From Camelus ferus (Eukaryota), in contig NC_045696.1 in assembly GCF_009834535.1 (NCBI RefSeq), positions 68,016,001 to 68,076,000 on the forward strand: a stretch of DNA of 60,000 nucleotides. The letters are read 5' to 3'. A program made the translations under genes and the position numbers. A model generated the notes under the pieces. It made no database searches. It had not been told where the DNA came from and worked only from the letters and a program-made list of their open reading frames with translations. Positions within the stretch are counted from its first letter, which is position 1. Each line of letters opens with the position of its first letter. Positions 59,586 through 60,000 of this stretch are shown piece by piece.

Positions 59586-60000
59586 CTTTTCTTCCTGTGC
59601 CACCAAAAAGAGTAGGAAAAGAAGGCGTCTCTGCAAACAAGGCCAAGGGGCTAAGTGACCACGTGTGGACATCTCTCAGAGTTCAGAGCACCACTCTCAC
59701 GGATTTCCATTTTTAGGGATTTCCAAAATTTCACTGTGCCGGTGTTGAAGGGCTCCCCCTCACACCGTCCAACACCTTAGCTGTCACCATCTCAGCATTT
59801 AGAGCCTTTCACAACCTGGACCCAGGCTTGGCCATCATCTCTCAGGGTTTGACATTCCACAGGGTCCTGGCCTTAAGCAGGAAAGGATCGCACAGCAGGA
59901 GCCCCCACACACCCACAGGTCTGAGCGCCGACGTCAGGAGCCCAGGGATTCTCAGCATCCGTGCACCTGAGACCCTCCAAACACAGCCAGGCTTCTTGGT

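Noticed and set aside
1..60000. CRISPR arrays, operons, rRNA, NUMT or intact retroviral genes
   Set aside because: No regularly spaced repeat-spacer array, no gene-dense prokaryotic structure, and no mitochondrial or gag/pol/env similarity seen; the sequence is ordinary mammalian repeat-rich non-coding DNA

Overview
Mammalian non-coding genomic DNA, most likely from a camelid (alpaca, vicuna, llama or camel). The assignment rests on four copies of a tRNA-Ala-derived SINE that matches the camelid Vic-1 family, plus cetartiodactyl-type L1 3' ends. I recognise no protein-coding exon, tRNA, rRNA or miRNA. The supplied ORFs are chance or repeat-derived. Much of the window is interspersed repeat: many MIR and L2 fragments, three L3/CR1 fragments, old L1M/HAL1 pieces with younger TSD-flanked L1 3' ends nested in them, hAT-Charlie MITEs, a MER44/Tigger7 element, two solo LTRs (MLT1-like, LTR33-like) and microsatellites. 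L1s are almost all on the + strand, which suggests a long intron of a minus-strand gene that I cannot name. I found no convincing novel biological system. The best leads are minus-strand splicing or promoter candidates (possible alternative first exon at ~44.1-44.4 kb, possible recursive splice site at ~51.43 kb, 93-nt exon candidate beside a G-quadruplex at ~36.4-36.55 kb) and several CpG-retaining, motif-dense enhancer-like patches. Repeat names and boundaries are by-eye recall of consensus sequences and are approximate.
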